Below, one piece after another: positions 37,237 through 42,998 of a stretch of DNA of 42,998 nt. The stretch spans positions 1 to 42,998 of the forward strand of contig FLMG01002053.1 in the NCBI GenBank assembly GCA_900088475.1, in the 5' to 3' direction. The notes beneath the pieces were generated by a model, which did no database searches, was not told where the DNA came from, and saw only the letters and a list, made by a program, of their open reading frames with translations. The DNA is from Hyphochytrium catenoides (Eukaryota > Protista > Hyphochytriomycota). How positions within the stretch are numbered: position 1 is the stretch's first letter; every line of letters begins with the position of its first letter. The translations under genes were made by a program, and so were the position numbers.

Positions 37237-39186
37237 TGTGAAGCCTTTACGATAAATTGCCTGCGAAAATGCCTATTATTCTACGTGTATTTATGGGAAT
37301 TTCAAACAAAGACTTTGCTGGTCGCACTTGATAATAAAGGCCACATCTCCTGCATAAAAGAATTGCATTTTACGGTAGTAATAATAGTTCTTCCCCCCTA
37401 TAGCAAACAAAGTCTCAAGAGTTCTAGGAAAGCACTACAAAGTACAGGAGAGTCACTTTATGCTTTCTTCCTCATTATTTTATTCCTTCTTATATGTGAT
37501 TTTATAGCGTTCAATTTTGCAGTAGTGCGAACTTTCGTCTGGATTCTACTGAGATGTGAAGCACTACCGCCCATCAGCGATCCTCCCTCCCTGATTCTGG
37601 GTACCTTCCAAAAAGACTGTGCATGGACCACTCTGTCTCGTACTCAATATTCTACTCTAGCGCTACAATACAGTGACCTTTGTTGATGTAAGCGATACTC
37701 TGTCTGTCTACCCTTCTATCTATCTGTTGAAATTGTCGTTTCTCAGAAAGCTTAGGACATGATGGCCAAAGTGGTTCACTGAGAGCTGTTTCCCGCCAGT
37801 CACTTCGAGTGGACCTTTTTCCTCTCTGTCGCCCTCTTTCTTTCTTCTTGTCTGATCCTTGAAGCTTTGGTCACCACTATCAAGCCATTGCCATTGTCTC
37901 GTGTCTTCATTTCCGTCCCTGTTGTACTCTGTCAAGCTGCTACAGATCTAAAGGACAGACACGTCATCAGAAGGCGTCTGGCCAAAGTCTACTGTGCAAA
38001 GAACCTAATGTAACAACCATTAGCTATCATTGCCGAATCTAACCTTCGCATACCAGTTAGTTAGTACTATATTAAGCTCCTCCTTTCCGGATACTAGTGG
38101 GGAGATGCAATATTAGTGGCAGAAGAAGCTCTCGTACCCGAAAATTGGGTTTGGGCTGGACTTTGGTCTTGCAGCTCAGTGTCTGATTTGGCCTTTCACT
38201 TCCTTTGGTTCTGGGTATGTCACCACCACCGAATGTACCTCTTTCTGCCTTCTCGTCTCTCTTTACTACTCTGTTTCTCTGCATGTATCTTAAAACCTCT
38301 ATAGCTTACTTGGCGGGGTGACGTGTGCCACCGCTCCCGTGGCTCTGTCTCGCTAGTAGTGGTACTCTTTCTCCCTATTGTTCTGGACATCCCTTCGGTT
38401 ATTTCCCCTCCCGTATTGCCTTTCTTAGGACATCTGAATGGTTTCTTAGTGCCTCTTCCTTTTATAGTTTTTACATATGTCCTCTCTGTCTTGTCCTCTC
38501 TCTCTTCTCTCTGTCTCGCTCTCACTTTGCCTCTCCGCCTCTGCCTGTGACTCTCTCTCTTCTGTCTCTCTCATTAGCCATTGTGTGCTTCAACTCTTTC
38601 TGACTTGTTACCTTTGTTCTGTCTCATCCTCCGCCTCTACTATTGGTCCATCCTCCTTCTCTCTTCGCTGAGATACTGCGGGGAGCCAGAGACTGCTCCA
38701 AAGGAACACTTCTCTTTCTCTCTCTCTCTTTAGCATGTGACAGATGTCTCTATCAAGCTCTGGCTATTGCAAATACACAGCAGATCAACTGTAAAGCATC
38801 CACCTCGGGATACTCTGTCTGGATTGAGCAAACACTCTGTCTATCTCCCCTCCTGACGCTTGTCTCGTCTGTTGAGCTGTCTTCCCCTCTCCCTTTCTCC
38901 CTTCGTAGTCCCACCTTCTCATCCTTCCTTTTCTGAGCGCCATTGCTCAGGGAGAGCCCTTCTTTTTCCACCGCTGGGCCGCTCAGACAGACATCAAGCA
39001 TCCCAGAAGATCGGCAAGGGAGGAGAGAGACACACAGAGAAAGAAAGAGAAAGAGAGAGAGAGAGAGAGAGAGGAGCGTTTTTAAGGCAAAAGCGATCTT
39101 CTGGGGCTGTGTGGTCTCTTGGGTTCGGAAGTTGACGAACTGATAATAAAGAGGGCCAACTGAAGAAAGCGACGAGCAGGGAAACA

Positions 39187-39219
<33 letters not shown>

Positions 39220-39378
39220 CTGACGGAGGGAAGAGAGGGGAGAGAGAGAAGGGAAAAGGGCGGATGGGAGCCAGAAGCCACCTAACAAGAGGGCTTTCTG
39301 ACTGCTCAATCTACTTCTTAGCCCAGAAAACTCAAAGGGTCATCAAAATTAGAAAGACCATATCCTCTCTTGTGTCTC

Positions 39379-39413
<35 letters not shown>

Positions 39414-39582
39414 TTTTCCACACCGTCCCCCTTCCACGCGTCCTTCATTTCGCAATTTTCTTTATTATCCAGCGTCTTCCGCCCGCTGGACGTCAAGTCA
39501 GGCTCCTTCACACTCGGCCTTCTCGGTAATTGAATAGAAAAAAACAGGTCTTCCCAAGACAAGAGAGCAAAAGACAAGAACG

Positions 39583-40395
39583 ATGATAGAGACACAGCGT
39601 CAGTCTTCCGGAGCCTTCTTTCTTAGATGTCCATGGCAAGCAAGACAACCCTTCCTTGCGTCGGTGTCTCTCTCGAGCAAAGAAGAGGAAATCTCTGCCC
39701 CTCTGTTAGCTCCTCCTCTTCGCTGTGGAGAGAGAGAGAAAGAAGAGCTGCTGAGAGAAATGAAGAACTTCTTTCAGGAGAGAGAAAGAGACAGAGGAAC
39801 AGACTCTACCTGGCTAGGAGAGGACGAGCCGATCACCAGCGAAGAAGAGAAAGAGCTGGTGGACAAAGCAACCAGAGACATGTTTGCGTCTTTCCTAGGA
39901 GAAGCTCTTAGCATGGAAGAGGAGGGAGAGGAGAAAGAAGGAGAGGAAGGAGAGAAAGAAGGCATTGAAAGCTCCTTTCTTCTCATCCAGGAAGAAGAGG
40001 TAGCGGATGCGAGGAATCCTGAAGAGGAAGAGGACGGAGCAGATTTTGCTGATGATGAGGCTCTCTCGTCCGATGGAATGTCCTCGCCTTCTCCCAGCAG
40101 CAGTTGCGGGGGAGGGGAAGACAGAGAAGAAGGCATAGAGCTTGGGGCTTTTCTTCTCCCTCCCTCTTCGTTCAGCTACTCAAGCAAACCAGAGGGACAG
40201 TGCCTCGATCTTCTCTCAGACAAAGAGGACGATTATCTGTCTGTCTCTTCCTCTCTTCTTCTCTCCTCGGACTCTGTTGGGATGAAGAGAAAGGAAGAGT
40301 TCACACTTATCTTGGATGATGAAGAGAGCAAGGAGGGCGAAATCTCTGGCTCAACCGGAAAGAGAAGAAGGCTCTGCCGTGGCGGAAGCTCCTAG
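39583..40395 (+). CDS. Hypothetical acidic (E/D/S-rich) protein or terminal exon
   Basis: 270-codon open frame, strongly acidic, ending in basic KRRRL. The start and any upstream exons are unresolved. Confidence 0.45.
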   Translation: MIETQRQSSGAFFLRCPWQARQPFLASVSLSSKEEEISAPLLAPPLRCGEREKEELLREMKNFFQERERDRGTDSTWLGEDEPITSEEEKELVDKATRDMFASFLGEALSMEEEGEEKEGEEGEKEGIESSFLLIQEEEVADARNPEEEEDGADFADDEALSSDGMSSPSPSSSCGGGEDREEGIELGAFLLPPSSFSYSSKPEGQCLDLLSDKEDDYLSVSSSLLLSSDSVGMKRKEEFTLILDDEESKEGEISGSTGKRRRLCRGGSS

Positions 40396-40906
40396 AGAGC
40401 AGAGGCAAGAAGAAACTCTCCTCTCTCTCTTTTTCCTTATTCAGTCCTATGACTGAGAGGAACAGTTTTTATCTATTTTTATCTATTTTATTGCTCTTCT
40501 TTTTTTGTGAGACCGTGGGAGACCCAGGCAAAAGGAAAGCCTAGTGCTACTCCTAGGCCTCTTCCCACTCTTGCCCATGAGCAATGGCAAGGCTGAATGT
40601 AACCTATAGAAAGCCTAACAAGTCGTGTCATCATTAGAGAGGCTAAGTAGCAAGCGACAGAAAGAAGGGACAAGAGTAGCGCTGACACGTGTTCCCCTTA
40701 CTTCATTATTAAAGTGCTGTCATAAAGAATATCTGTTTGCATGGACTCTTCGTCTTATCTTTCGCCCTTTCTTACCCCCTCTTCCCCTTCGATTGACGGC
40801 TACTGAAGAGATGTATCAGCTCTCCCAGACCTTAAGTGCCAGTGCTAAAGGGTCTGTCGCCCACTCGGTTCTTTCTCCTTGCTTTTTCGCTACGTGAACG
40901 CTGTCC

Positions 40907-42874
<1,968 letters not shown>

Positions 42875-42998
42875 CTGGGGCAATAATGTGGCAGGGCAGG
42901 AGTTAGCTCAGCGCCGTCGGTTCTCTCCGTATGGTCCTCTATCCTTTGCTAGCTTCAACCTACACTCTCCTCCATCCTCTCTTCTCTTTCTCTCTCTC

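Noticed and set aside
39360-39437. ATATCCTCT possible third AT-AC intron
   Set aside because: Imperfect donor, no branch consensus, and no recognisable protein to test the frame.

Overview
Intron-rich eukaryotic nuclear DNA from a draft assembly (two N gaps), with abundant (GA/TC)n microsatellites. The host is probably a unicellular protist; the taxon cannot be fixed from this window. Manual splicing of the ORF fragments gives, in order: a hypothetical CCHC/CUE-like protein (-), mitochondrial-type methionyl-tRNA synthetase (+), a membrane-anchored COG2907-type FAD oxidoreductase (-), the BRCC36 JAMM deubiquitinase (+), a PH-CAMK kinase-PH protein (-), a TM-MYND-MSS51-like protein (-), C2CD5 (+), a gene-poor stretch with a small TIR-bounded element, an acidic ORF (+) and a 5'-truncated methylglutaconyl-CoA hydratase (-). 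The main unexpected signal is two textbook minor-spliceosome (U12-type) AT-AC introns within about 6 kb, one in MetRS and one in BRCC36. Both are needed to restore the conserved reading frames. Exon boundaries are hand-derived and lack transcript support.
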